In this document: piece after piece, positions 1-9,654 of the stretch
How positions within the stretch are numbered: position 1 is the stretch's first letter
How the letters are laid out: every line of letters begins with the position of its first letter
Origin: a virus
Taxonomy: Duplodnaviria > Caudoviricetes
Length of the DNA: 29,603 bases
Reading direction: 5' to 3' (one strand)
Virus record (IMG/VR): IMGVR_UViG_3300025838_001141
Span: 1 to 29,603 of that record
Notes under the pieces: model-generated
Told to the model about the DNA's origin: nothing
The model's database searches: none
Seen by the model: the letters and a program-made list of their open reading frames with translations, nothing else
Program-made: the position numbers and the translations under genes

Positions 1-1247
1 TGAAAATTAGAGTTCGCTGGCGCAACCGGCTGGATGGTTAGAGCGGCTGGGGGTGGCGTTGGCCCATTTGCTGCCCACCACTGTTGCGCCTCTGTCATTG
101 CAGGTGATGTGAATAAGGTGCCACCCATTTCAGGTGTTGCGGTGTAACCAGCCGGCCCAGCCACTGCCGGTGCCACTGTCGGTGCTGTCGACCTCGCGGT
201 GGCTGGAGGTCCAAAAACCTGCGGTGCTGCGGCGTCTTGAGCCTGCGGCTTCAGCTTCCAGCTTCTTGACTCGTCGTCAAAAAACATCCGCGAGGCGGCA
301 GTCGGGTCTTTCTCCATCGCGGTGTGAGCATCGGCGGCATTTACCGCGGACGACCACCAGGGCTTTTCAACCTGACGACCATTCGTGCTGCCCATCATCG
401 AAAGTGATTGCTGCTGCTTGTAGAGCAGGTTTAGGTTATCGCGCGCCGTGGCGATGCCAGCCGCAATCGGATTGCCGCTGTTTTTCAACGAGCGCGCCGT
501 CTCCTCAACGAGCGCTTGATTGAATTTGCCCTGATACGCCTCGCCGTATTTGGCGCGAGCGCGTTTAAGGATTTCAGTGGACTGATCTGGCCGCCCCGTT
601 GTCGGGTCAAGTGCGGCCATAACGTCGGGCTGCTGCATGAGCCACGAATCCGCTGCGCCCTGTGCCGCGCTTTGAACAGTCGGGTCGGTTGCGGCTTTTT
701 GAAACGCTGATTGGATTTGAGGATTACTCAAGTAGGCGTTCTGTTGCGCAATCTTGGCATCAATCGCCGACTTCGCCAGCGAGTCAGACTTAATGTTTTC
801 GGTGAGCTTCGCCTTTGTTGCGGCCTGAATCCTGCCGAGGTAGGCGTCATCGGTCTCACCGGCAAGACGCTGCACCGGGTCGCCGCCAAGCTGGTTCGTT
901 AAATTGCCCTGCGCGGACTTGATGTCGTTGAACATTCCTTGCTGCTTCAGGATGTCCATGTGAGACTGCGCGGCCATTTGCGCCACCTTCGTGGCTCGAT
1001 CATCGCGCATCTGTTCGCGCTCGATCTGCATCTTATGTTGCATGGTCGCGAGCGCCCACTTTGCGTCAATTTCATGCTGGGCCGCTTCGGTTGAAAATTG
1101 ATGCTGCTGCTGCTCGCGGGCAAGCGCCACCCGCGCCTCACCGTTGCGGATAATCGCTTCGTTAATCGGCGCAATAAATCGACTGCCCATGTCTGCCGAC
1201 TGAGCAATGTTAAGGGGCTGAGGGTTGTCGCCAATGACTTGAACCAT
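1..1247 (-). CDS. Probable internal virion/DNA ejection protein, 3'-truncated by the window edge (>=415 aa)
   Basis: Not in the ORF track because it has no stop in the window. Hand translation from ATG 1247 (MVQVIGDNPQPLNIAQSADMGSRFIAPINEAIIRNGEARVALAREQQQHQF...) stays open to base 1. Ala/Gln-rich and helical; starts 3 nt after the 357-aa gene. Confidence 0.75.
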   Translation of the reverse strand, partial: MVQVIGDNPQPLNIAQSADMGSRFIAPINEAIIRNGEARVALAREQQQHQFSTEAAQHEIDAKWALATMQHKMQIEREQMRDDRATKVAQMAAQSHMDILKQQGMFNDIKSAQGNLTNQLGGDPVQRLAGETDDAYLGRIQAATKAKLTENIKSDSLAKSAIDAKIAQQNAYLSNPQIQSAFQKAATDPTVQSAAQGAADSWLMQQPDVMAALDPTTGRPDQSTEILKRARAKYGEAYQGKFNQALVEETARSLKNSGNPIAAGIATARDNLNLLYKQQQSLSMMGSTNGRQVEKPWWSSAVNAADAHTAMEKDPTAASRMFFDDESRSWKLKPQAQDAAAPQVFGPPATARSTAPTVAPAVAGPAGYTATPEMGGTLFTSPAMTEAQQWWAANGPTPPPAALTIQPVAPANSNF

Positions 1248-1250
1248 AAA

Positions 1251-2324
1251 TTAAAACAGCGTTGCTGCGCCCGGCGCAAAGCTACTCGCCTGACTGCTGA
1301 TAGGGTCAACCATGACCGAGGTTCCAGCCGGAGCGCCTGAGCCGTATGCATACATTTGCGGCGTGCCTGGATTCGCGTAGGCATTATACGTTGTCGCATT
1401 TCCGCTGTTTGCCTGAAAGCTGTTTAACAGGCTGTTGTAATTGCGCTGCTGCATGTAAGCCCCAAGCCCGTTTGAAATTGAACCGCCAGCGGCAGAGAGC
1501 GCGTTCGCGCCTCCCATGTACGCAGCCGCCGAGGGAGTCGGCAAGGGTTGATACTGATATGGCTGGGCAGTGCCAATTCGCAACTCGTTCAAGGGCTGCA
1601 TTCTCTGGCTGAGACTGTTCAGCCAGTTCGATTGCGGCAAAAACGCCATCTGGTTAGATTCGCCTGCGACCGCGCCCGGCGCTTGAAGATTCTGCAATGG
1701 CAGCGTGACGTTGCCGTAATTTCTTGTGTCAGCCACTTCCTGAGCGTTCTGTTGGCCAGCCGCGCCAAGACTTTCGCCGGCAGATTTCGCGGCCGTGAAT
1801 TCCAGCGCGCGACCGCCAAAGCTATCGCCACCAAAGCCGTGCCCGGCCTGAGTTGCGTTGATGTCGGAAAGCGTTTTGTTGAGCGCGTCGAGGGATGTTG
1901 AGCGAGCAGTCGCAAGCCGAGCGGCTCGCACTGGGGCTGTGTTTGACAGCATCGTGTTTGTGATGCCGCCGTTGAAAATGTCATTCGTGGATTTTGTGGC
2001 CCCAGCCAGAGCTGGTTTCAGTGGATCTGTTGCCGCTTGAAAACTCGACAGTGGAACAAAACTGCCATTGTAGCCGCTCACTAAATCATTACTGAGTGAT
2101 TTCTCGAACAGGCTCCCGTCTGGATTCTTCATGTACAGCGGCAACACCGCGCTGCCGTCAGAGCCACGGCTCTGCTGGTACATTTTATAGTTCTGGTCGT
2201 TTGCAGACTGCTGCGAAGCAGCGGCAGTGTCTGCGGCGGACTGCTGTGCATCAGCGGACATGACGGAACCTGCAACACCGCTAATGAGCGATGCGCCACC
2301 AATTGCTACTGCCACCCATGCCAT
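1251..2324 (-). CDS. DNA transfer/ejection (pilot) protein, P22 gp7-like, 357 aa
   Basis: Hydrophobic Gly/Ala N-terminus MAWVAVAIGGASLISGVAGSVMS followed by AQQSAADTAAASQ. G/A/S/Q/N-rich, positioned after the tail genes. Confidence 0.7.
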   Translation of the reverse strand: MAWVAVAIGGASLISGVAGSVMSADAQQSAADTAAASQQSANDQNYKMYQQSRGSDGSAVLPLYMKNPDGSLFEKSLSNDLVSGYNGSFVPLSSFQAATDPLKPALAGATKSTNDIFNGGITNTMLSNTAPVRAARLATARSTSLDALNKTLSDINATQAGHGFGGDSFGGRALEFTAAKSAGESLGAAGQQNAQEVADTRNYGNVTLPLQNLQAPGAVAGESNQMAFLPQSNWLNSLSQRMQPLNELRIGTAQPYQYQPLPTPSAAAYMGGANALSAAGGSISNGLGAYMQQRNYNSLLNSFQANSGNATTYNAYANPGTPQMYAYGSGAPAGTSVMVDPISSQASSFAPGAATLF

Positions 2325-2325
2325 A

Positions 2326-2826
2326 TTAGTTTGAACCTTTCAGTTCGGTTAAAATTTCCGAGCTTAAATCAACAATATCGTCGTGGGGCAAAATTATTTC
2401 AGCCTCCACTTCGTCAACGCTGGTTTTTTCTGTTGGATGAAATGTGGTCCACTCGCAGTCTTCGTGAATGTAAAGCACTCGCCGAGTTGCAGGCTTAGTG
2501 ATGCCGCGATATGGAGCAGTCAGAATTTTAACACCAACGCCCTCAATCCACACTGCCGCAATGCCTTTCGTGATAACATACGGGTGCTCGGTTTTGTGAA
2601 TCTTGGAGATAATAAACGTGCCTTTCGGCATGAATATTGTTCGCGCGTACAACCCTGGGGTAAAACTGTGTTGGACTGGGCATTCAACTTGCGGTTGTTT
2701 TTCAAGCTGAGCACGAGCTAAATCGATGCTTGCCTGCGTCGGCGTTGCCATCAGTTCGCGCACCTTCAAATCATCGACCACTCGGCTGATTTTGCAGGGG
2801 TGATTGATTGACTGAACGCCTGTCAT
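2326..2826 (-). CDS. Conserved phage cupin-like (double-stranded beta-helix) protein, 166 aa
   Basis: Motif PVQHSFTPGLYARTIFMPKGTFIISKIHKTEH...TKP.TRRVLYIHEDCEWTTFHPT, which I recognise from ORFs preceding ejection proteins in podoviruses. Confidence 0.7.
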   Translation of the reverse strand: MTGVQSINHPCKISRVVDDLKVRELMATPTQASIDLARAQLEKQPQVECPVQHSFTPGLYARTIFMPKGTFIISKIHKTEHPYVITKGIAAVWIEGVGVKILTAPYRGITKPATRRVLYIHEDCEWTTFHPTEKTSVDEVEAEIILPHDDIVDLSSEILTELKGSN

Positions 2827-2827
2827 A

Positions 2828-2864
2828 GTTACCCTTATTATAGGCTCACTTTTCTGGAAAGCAA
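2828..2864 (-). promoter_or_regulatory. Sigma70-type promoter overlapped by the 22-bp operator (copy at 2828-2849)
   Basis: Minus strand TTGCTT-N16-TATAAT-N10-ATG. Operator GTGAGCCTATAATAAGGGTAAC spans the -10 box. Confidence 0.7.
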
Positions 2865-2872
2865 ATTAAACC

Positions 2873-5152
2873 TCAACCCTCCACCCAAGGAATGCGCGTG
2901 ATGGTGCCATCACTGGGATTGCCATCGCCCCAGCGCACGATGGTGATTGATTTTTCCAGCCCGGTTGTCTGATCGACCTCGATGGTATGATTAAACCGAT
3001 TCCAATCCCCCAGCGGCGCGCCGATTCCTGGGATGGCGATGGACTTGATATAGCTGAGGCTGGCGAGCGGAGAAGCCGACGCCCACCACGCGCTAATATC
3101 ATTGCCAGAAAATCCGGAGCCGATCTGGAAAATGTGAATCATCGAAACCTCGGTCCCCATGATATAAATTCGCTTCGAGAGCGGATTGTACTGAAAAAGC
3201 AGGATGCGCGAACCAGAGCCTGACGGATACCATAAATTAAACGGAGCAATGTTATTGATACTGCCGCTGGTAAAGTTCAGGCTCGCCATTGTCACGTCTG
3301 ATGATGACGAAATGTTGTGCATTGGAACCGAACTAATCGCAACCCCAGAGCCATAATTACTCGGCACCACATAAGCGTTCCAGCCAGAGCCTTCCGTGAT
3401 CCAGACCGGCTTGTAGGCGTAATAACTCCCGTTCGTTAAGACTTGAACCGGCTGCCAGACAGAGCTTGCCGTGGCCACCGACGCCGTGATGCTCGCGTTG
3501 GGAGTGCCTTTCAGGATGACAATTAAGCTAGACGGGCCTGTAAATGTTGACGGGGTGGTCGTGACGTCGCTCGCGCCAATGTTGTACGAGGTGTCATTTG
3601 CGCCCTTGGTCCATGTGTACGATGAGCCGCTCACGACCGCCAGAGAGTATGTCCCACTGCTGCTGTATGTGGCATACGCTGGAACAATGGAGGCATAAGG
3701 CGCGACCACTGGCAACCGATAAATGCCCGCATTGGAAGTGAATATCGCTTCAACGCTTCCATTTGACCGAGTGAAGACAGCCCCATTTCCATATTGCGGG
3801 TTGCCAGCGGATGCCGCGGTAAGTCCAGTCACGACATTGTTGACCAGGTTAATTGCCGCGCCGAGAGTGATTCCAGTGCTGGCTCCATGCGTCAACGTCA
3901 GCAAGCTGTTGCCGTATGATACCGCAAGCTCCGGCTGCGACGATGCCCAACTCAACGCGGGGAAAATAGCCTGACTCACGCTCGTCTGCTTTGTGGCGTT
4001 GATAACCAACTTCCAGTTGGCTGGAGTAATCGCAAGCGAAGTCGAGCCATCCGCCGCAATGAGCGTCGGGGTGCCGTTTTGAACCAAATTGACGAAGGTT
4101 GTATCAATCGCGACCGTGAAAGCGCGGTTTCCGCCTGATACATAAAACAACTCCAGTCCGACCGCATCCCCAATCGCCACAACCGCATCAGTTCCATCCG
4201 AAGCGGTTTTAATGAGGTACGCCTGAACCGCAGTCGGGATCTGGCCAAGACCGTGCGCCACCGAAAGCGCGATGGTGTTACCCGGCAATGGCATATTGCC
4301 GCTGGTAAAGCGAACGGTCGTATTTGTGTTGTAGCTGATGTTGGTAACTCCAGACGAGCCGCTAGAAGACGTTCCGCCGGCCAACAAAAGAAAGCTGCCG
4401 TTTCGATAGACAACGCAAAACACCGAGTTTGCAGCCACGGCACCCGCCGCGATGGGAAGCCCGCCCTGCAAGATCGGGACTGCACCGAGTCCGTTGACAT
4501 TCAAGGTTGCCGCCGACGTATTCGCCGTGCCGGTCCACACAAAATAAATCTGGCCGTTTTTGTACGCCGTAACAGCGGCAGCGGTGGCAACTGAGGCGGT
4601 CACCAATGCGGATGCGGTACCCGTCAGAGTGACTGAGGTTTGCGTTGCCTGAAAGATTCCACTGCTGGTGATCGAGTACCCGCTGTTGACCTGAAGCGCG
4701 GCGTCGTTATCCGGCAACACACCCTGCGTGTACGAATAGTACGAGTTCACCACCAACCCGCTCAATGTGAACGTGCCCAGGCCGCTGCTTCCGGCTGGTG
4801 GGGCGACGTAAGTCGAGCCGGATGCGATTAGATTTGCTCCCGTAGTCGGCCCCGCCGTGGCAATCGCGTAGCCGTTCAGTGTACCAACGTCGGTCGCGAT
4901 TGGCAGGAACGCATACGGCATTGTTGGATCAATCGCCGAAAGCCCAACAGCCCCAGCTGACAGCGAGCCTGATTTTACCGCCCCCGAAACCAGTGTCCCG
5001 TCTGGGTTTAGCGACCCCTCAATGACGGAAAGGATGGACAAGCAAAATGCGCGAATCTGGTCAAGGTTTGCGTCCCCTTCGGCAAATGTGAGGGCGCGGC
5101 CAACGGTCGTGCGTCGTACAAAAGTGGGCAATGTAATGCTGGGGCTGATCAT
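2873..5152 (-). CDS. Tail fibre / receptor-binding protein, 759 aa
   Basis: N-terminal RRTTVGRALTFAEGDANL attachment-type motif, NTSAATLNVNGLGAVPI and AHGLGQIP...ANWKLV fibre motifs, S/T/G-rich beta composition, no signal peptide. Confidence 0.8.
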   Translation of the reverse strand: MISPSITLPTFVRRTTVGRALTFAEGDANLDQIRAFCLSILSVIEGSLNPDGTLVSGAVKSGSLSAGAVGLSAIDPTMPYAFLPIATDVGTLNGYAIATAGPTTGANLIASGSTYVAPPAGSSGLGTFTLSGLVVNSYYSYTQGVLPDNDAALQVNSGYSITSSGIFQATQTSVTLTGTASALVTASVATAAAVTAYKNGQIYFVWTGTANTSAATLNVNGLGAVPILQGGLPIAAGAVAANSVFCVVYRNGSFLLLAGGTSSSGSSGVTNISYNTNTTVRFTSGNMPLPGNTIALSVAHGLGQIPTAVQAYLIKTASDGTDAVVAIGDAVGLELFYVSGGNRAFTVAIDTTFVNLVQNGTPTLIAADGSTSLAITPANWKLVINATKQTSVSQAIFPALSWASSQPELAVSYGNSLLTLTHGASTGITLGAAINLVNNVVTGLTAASAGNPQYGNGAVFTRSNGSVEAIFTSNAGIYRLPVVAPYASIVPAYATYSSSGTYSLAVVSGSSYTWTKGANDTSYNIGASDVTTTPSTFTGPSSLIVILKGTPNASITASVATASSVWQPVQVLTNGSYYAYKPVWITEGSGWNAYVVPSNYGSGVAISSVPMHNISSSSDVTMASLNFTSGSINNIAPFNLWYPSGSGSRILLFQYNPLSKRIYIMGTEVSMIHIFQIGSGFSGNDISAWWASASPLASLSYIKSIAIPGIGAPLGDWNRFNHTIEVDQTTGLEKSITIVRWGDGNPSDGTITRIPWVEG

Positions 5153-5451
5153 AAAGTTTTGGTTGCTGCCGCTTTCATGGCGGCGATTTCCTTGGTTAAT
5201 CCATCAACAATGCTTTGCAGGTCGGCTATCGCCTTCGCTTTTGCGGTCGAATCGTTCGCAATGGCTCCCTGTAAGTTGCCGGCCCAAGTCTGAATTGCGG
5301 CCGAGTGGTCGCCGTTCATTACCGAGTCACCAGTCCGCGTAGCAGCCTCCGGCGGCAATGCGAGCGTTGGCCAGCCAGTTGCGTTAGTGGTCGCCGCGGC
5401 TACCGCCGCACCCACAATCGCCTGCTCATTGGATGGACTCATTTTGCTCAT
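5149..5451 (-). CDS. Small tail protein with C-terminal coiled coil (tail-needle position), 100 aa
   Basis: ATGA overlaps with both neighbours; heptad pattern AIADLQSIVDGLTKEIAAMKAA; follows the nozzle gene. Confidence 0.55.
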   Translation of the reverse strand: MSKMSPSNEQAIVGAAVAAATTNATGWPTLALPPEAATRTGDSVMNGDHSAAIQTWAGNLQGAIANDSTAKAKAIADLQSIVDGLTKEIAAMKAAATKTL

Positions 5452-7850
5452 CGCGGCAAATTACCAAACCCGTGGCTGTTAATGGGCTGAATATTGAACA
5501 TGCGACTAGTGATCTCGAACGGGCCAAAGCCGGTTACTGTTACCCTGTCTCCAAGGTAATAGCTGATGACGGTCGGGCGCAAATTATTAAACTGCTGAGG
5601 CGCAATAATTGCTCCTGATTGCAAATCGGCGCCGGTGCCAGGATTTGAGCCACCCCTGAAATCAATCGAGACGATGGCGTTTGGACATTTTGAGGACGCC
5701 CCAAGCGAATATTCATTCCACGACTTTTCGCTGTTCCCTGCCCCGAAATCATCCAGCCCGCTCTCAATGACTGAGTTGTATTGTAATCCGTCACGATGCC
5801 AAATGCCGGGCAAAATGGTAAATTGCTGAGCGATGACTGGAGCAGTGAGGCCAATGATCGAAACGCTGGTTGCGCTGATGTATGCATCAATGGCGGCCAC
5901 GCTGCCACCGGAAAACAAAACCGTGGTCCCCACATCGTCGGGTGAGAAAAATGCCGTGGTTGCAGCCAGTGTAACCGTGGCGGTTCCCGATGTGGTGCCA
6001 GTAATTGCACCACTGCTGCGCGGCTTGCAGTCAAGCAGCCCGTACCGCTTTAGCGAGCCATCCACCATCCCCATGACGTACCAATCGGATCCATTTTTTG
6101 GATGCCGAACCTTTGCGGCCGCTGTGAGCATGGCGCTGGTGGTTCTGACGGTTTGCTGTGCGTAATCGTAGCAAAGTGCCCCTCCCGCAATTCCGTAGCC
6201 AAAATAAATTTCTCGAGTTAAATGGTTCTCGGACACGAAGGCGGTCCCTCGATCCGCGTTGTCAAAAAATAACGACTGACACGCGGTCAGGGCGGGGATT
6301 TCTGTTGGCGTCAACTGGAACAAGTCGAACTTGTAGAACGCATTTCGGCCAGCGTAGATGTGATGGCTGCCATAATAGCCGCCTCCTTCTGGCGCGATGA
6401 CGTTCTTGTAGTGTAACGCCTGAGCCGTGTTCGGAAGGGTTACGCGCTGAAAAGTGAACGGGGCTGCGGCAGCGCCGGTGTATGTCCCAATAAACACGGC
6501 CGGAGTTGGCGACGGCTCTTTGTAAATTACGAGCTGATCACGCAACTGCATTCCCCTTAAAATGGCGCTTCCGTCGTCGGTCAAATCAGAATAAATACCA
6601 GCATAGCTCACCTGAGAGTCTGCGGCCTCGATTGGCAGGCTTGTAATGGTGTTCTGACAGATTTCAGCCATCGTCATCGACATTGCCGAGCCGCGCGAAA
6701 TCCATTGAACCTGTGAAATTAGGTTGCCAGCGTTTATAGCTGCCTGCGGAAGGAAGATGGACGGCAGCGCGACCGCAGACAACCCAAACCGAGCCGCAGT
6801 GTAAAACAAGTCCGAGAGCGACCGAACGGGGTAATCAAACGCAACAACCGGACTGCCGGCCTGCATCGAAGCGGTCACAATCGCCCCAAATCGACGCGGC
6901 TGCGACGGCATCGAAGGAAATACACGCCACCCGTAACGCTGAACCTTGCCGGCCCACATTGTGTACGCGGCGGGATTCTCAACCGAACAAACCCCTGACA
7001 CTGGAACCGTATTGTTGACCAGCAAGAACCCATTTGAATCAACGCCAATTATTTCGCGCTGCTCACCAGTGCTCCAAAATAGCGACATTCCAACCAAGCT
7101 CACAGCTTGCATTGTGGGGAATAGCGTTGTCGCTGCCGGGGATACTTTCCCACTGACGTCTTGCGATGCGCTCAAAGATGCTGGAATTGCGGCCATTAAC
7201 CCCTTGAAATCATCATCCCCGATTTGGCTGATGCCAAGGCAAACCAGAACGTCGTTCATGGAGCAAATCGTCTTAACACTGGCGACTTGCTGCTCGCGCA
7301 ATTCATAAATCGGCTTCACTGAATACTCATCCAGCCGATATGTTATCGGGAGGTCAACCTCGTTGTTGAGCACAACAAAGTCGCCAATGCGCACGATCTC
7401 CCAGCGCGCGCCAGCAGTCGAAAAGCCAGAGCCAATTTGAATCCACCCCTTTGCCGCTTCGTCGAAATATGTCGCGCCAGATTCGGTATCGAAATAAGCC
7501 TGACCAGACTCAATGTCGAAATAAGCGATGTCTTCCAATCCAAAAAAGCGCCAAAGAGTCGTTTGATTCCCGGCAATGAGTGTCACTCTGCCATCTCCAA
7601 GCTCAACCTCAGAGACTAGCGTTATTGGGCCACCACCGCTGATCGGAATTGACTGAGCCAGCCGATCATAAAAAGTGTTCGGCTGATAAGCGACGTGCCC
7701 CTCGGCTCGCATTTCGCGGTCGAGGTAGCGTCGAATTTCTTCCTTGCGAACGTAATTTGGAGCGCCGGCCGTTTCAGAGGAAAGCCCAGCCATCAGCTTT
7801 CCGCCCTGGCCAGGCTTCAGCGTTACTGGTTTTCCGCCGGCTGCTGCCAT
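5448..7850 (-). CDS. Tail nozzle / head-closure protein (P22 gp10 / T7 gp12 positional equivalent), 800 aa
   Basis: Size, beta-rich propeller-like segments (RWEIVRIGDFVVLNN, QLRDQLVIYKE, NHLTREIYFGY, LCYDY) and position after the adaptor. Confidence 0.65.
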   Translation of the reverse strand: MAAAGGKPVTLKPGQGGKLMAGLSSETAGAPNYVRKEEIRRYLDREMRAEGHVAYQPNTFYDRLAQSIPISGGGPITLVSEVELGDGRVTLIAGNQTTLWRFFGLEDIAYFDIESGQAYFDTESGATYFDEAAKGWIQIGSGFSTAGARWEIVRIGDFVVLNNEVDLPITYRLDEYSVKPIYELREQQVASVKTICSMNDVLVCLGISQIGDDDFKGLMAAIPASLSASQDVSGKVSPAATTLFPTMQAVSLVGMSLFWSTGEQREIIGVDSNGFLLVNNTVPVSGVCSVENPAAYTMWAGKVQRYGWRVFPSMPSQPRRFGAIVTASMQAGSPVVAFDYPVRSLSDLFYTAARFGLSAVALPSIFLPQAAINAGNLISQVQWISRGSAMSMTMAEICQNTITSLPIEAADSQVSYAGIYSDLTDDGSAILRGMQLRDQLVIYKEPSPTPAVFIGTYTGAAAAPFTFQRVTLPNTAQALHYKNVIAPEGGGYYGSHHIYAGRNAFYKFDLFQLTPTEIPALTACQSLFFDNADRGTAFVSENHLTREIYFGYGIAGGALCYDYAQQTVRTTSAMLTAAAKVRHPKNGSDWYVMGMVDGSLKRYGLLDCKPRSSGAITGTTSGTATVTLAATTAFFSPDDVGTTVLFSGGSVAAIDAYISATSVSIIGLTAPVIAQQFTILPGIWHRDGLQYNSVIESGLDDFGAGNSEKSWNEYSLGASSKCPNAIVSIDFRGGSNPGTGADLQSGAIIAPQQFNNLRPTVISYYLGDRVTVTGFGPFEITSRMFNIQPINSHGFGNLPR
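7461..7523 (-). repeat. 27-bp-period coding repeat (YFDIESGQA-YFDTESGAT-YFDE)
   Basis: (g/a)tcgaaata at 7461, 7488 and 7515. Confidence 0.8.
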
Positions 7851-7854
7851 AGCA

Positions 7855-9651
7855 TTAGGGCTGTGTGACGTTCATCAGTATTCCATTCGTGAAATACAGC
7901 GTGTTCGTCCTAGTGCTGCCAAAAGTGAACTGGATGTTCGTAGTGTATCCGCCAGTTATGTTTGTGGCGTTCAACTTGCCAACAAGGTTGGTTGCCGTAA
8001 AGGTGCCATTTCCACCCAGCGTGAAAAGACCGCCCGGAGTTGTAAGGTTGAATTTCCCCTGCTGCGCCCAGACGTTTTCAAAATGCACATTGTTACCATC
8101 AGATCCGGCAGTAAAAATTTGGTTCATGGGGTAGAAAACCACATTCGTCGTGTAGAATGTCCCATTCTGGCCAAATCCAAATTGACCACCGGGGGTAATG
8201 ACGTGAAACTGACCTTGAATGATCCAGTTGTTTTCGACATGCACGTTGTTGCCATCTCCACCCGGGTTGATGTCTTGATTCACTGGCCAGAACGTAGCCG
8301 GCCAGCCAAGGTGAAATTGCTGCCCAACATAGCCACCGTTGTTGGTTATACCAACAACAACGCAGTTTGCCGCAGTGTCAACGAACAGCGGACAGAGGTT
8401 TTGAGCCTGATTAACAAACCGAAAGCCCCAATCGTAAGAGCCGCCGCCAGCATCCCGATCACAGGCAAAGGTGGTTCCGCAAACCGGAATGAAATGCGTG
8501 CCTATATCGCCACCATACGCCTCTTCAATCGTAAATGCAGTGTTTCCGTTCTCTTGCATGGCCCAAACAGTCGGGGTGTTATTGAAAAAATTTGTGACAG
8601 CTGACCCCGTCCCAAACACAGTCGGGTAATACCACGCGGCGTCTGGGTTCGCAAATAATTGGGGCTGCGTGGACGCGAAAGAGGTTCTAATCGCCGCGTC
8701 AATCGCTGTCGCTAAATTTGTGTTCACCGCCGCAGTCAAATGAACTCCGTCAGCGGTTACAGAGGTGTTTAAGCTGCCGTCAGAGTTCGTCCATGTCGAA
8801 GGGGGCGCAACATTGTCGTAGTTCACGAAGGCAATGCCCTGGTTCGTCAGCGATTGCTCCCACTGAGTCAGCACGGCCCGGCCCGGTTCAGCGGCCGGAG
8901 TGTTGTAAATATACGGGCACGAAATCACCAACAAATTTGCGCCAGCGCCAGCGGCTTTTGTAATAATTGATTGCGCGTTTGCAATGACGCTGGTAGCCGC
9001 GTTTAGCGCTTGCAGCGTGGTTGTAATGGACGTGTTGAAGTCATTCCTACCAAACATGACGGTAAGCGTTGCTCTGTTTCCAGTATGGGTCGGAAAACAT
9101 GGGTAAGCAGCATCCATTAACTGCTGTGAAATGTAGCCAGTTGACCTGCCGCCTTGCGCCGTGTTCGTCAGCACGTTGTAGCCATATTTTCCAGCTAACA
9201 CCATTGGATAGCTGATGAGCGTGCTGGGGTTGGTAGTCGTCAGCGAGTCACCGACCGCGATAATGCGATAGGGATTGTAATTCAGACTCGTATAGCTGCT
9301 TGCCACTTTGACGAGATTTGAGGCCGAAATTTGACTCCCTACGCCGGCAGATGTGGTTGCGTTTGCCAGCGCGTTCGATTGAGCCGGCGTCAACGCATTC
9401 GTGTTCTGGGAAAATGCGTAGGGCTGGATGAAGTTCCAGAACGCCAATGCGGCGTTGGTGTCAGATAGCCAGAAAGTGGCAGCTTGAGCGCCGGTCGCTT
9501 GAATGATGAAGTTCTGGCCCCAGGGCGACAGATATGGAATTCCACGGTACAGTCCGACCGGATTTGTGATGTCGGCCTGAGCGTAAGCCGGATTGCAGCT
9601 ATGGCTTAAAGTTGCGATGATTGCGATTGTGAGCTTGATTAGGTTTTTCAT
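7855..9651 (-). CDS. SGNH/GDSL hydrolase-domain fibre-like protein with predicted signal peptide, 598 aa
   Basis: All four SGNH blocks present: IAVGDSLT, AQGG, MFGRND, DGVHL. N-terminus MKNLIKLTIAIIATLSHSCNPAYA|Q. Two ~52-aa C-terminal repeats. Confidence 0.85.
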   Translation of the reverse strand: MKNLIKLTIAIIATLSHSCNPAYAQADITNPVGLYRGIPYLSPWGQNFIIQATGAQAATFWLSDTNAALAFWNFIQPYAFSQNTNALTPAQSNALANATTSAGVGSQISASNLVKVASSYTSLNYNPYRIIAVGDSLTTTNPSTLISYPMVLAGKYGYNVLTNTAQGGRSTGYISQQLMDAAYPCFPTHTGNRATLTVMFGRNDFNTSITTTLQALNAATSVIANAQSIITKAAGAGANLLVISCPYIYNTPAAEPGRAVLTQWEQSLTNQGIAFVNYDNVAPPSTWTNSDGSLNTSVTADGVHLTAAVNTNLATAIDAAIRTSFASTQPQLFANPDAAWYYPTVFGTGSAVTNFFNNTPTVWAMQENGNTAFTIEEAYGGDIGTHFIPVCGTTFACDRDAGGGSYDWGFRFVNQAQNLCPLFVDTAANCVVVGITNNGGYVGQQFHLGWPATFWPVNQDINPGGDGNNVHVENNWIIQGQFHVITPGGQFGFGQNGTFYTTNVVFYPMNQIFTAGSDGNNVHFENVWAQQGKFNLTTPGGLFTLGGNGTFTATNLVGKLNATNITGGYTTNIQFTFGSTRTNTLYFTNGILMNVTQP

Positions 9652-9654
9652 GTA

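Noticed and set aside
7988-8292. Repeat pair at a fibre C-terminus considered as a DGR template/variable repeat
   Set aside because: Both copies are in-frame and diverge at all base types rather than only adenines, and no reverse transcriptase is present in the window.
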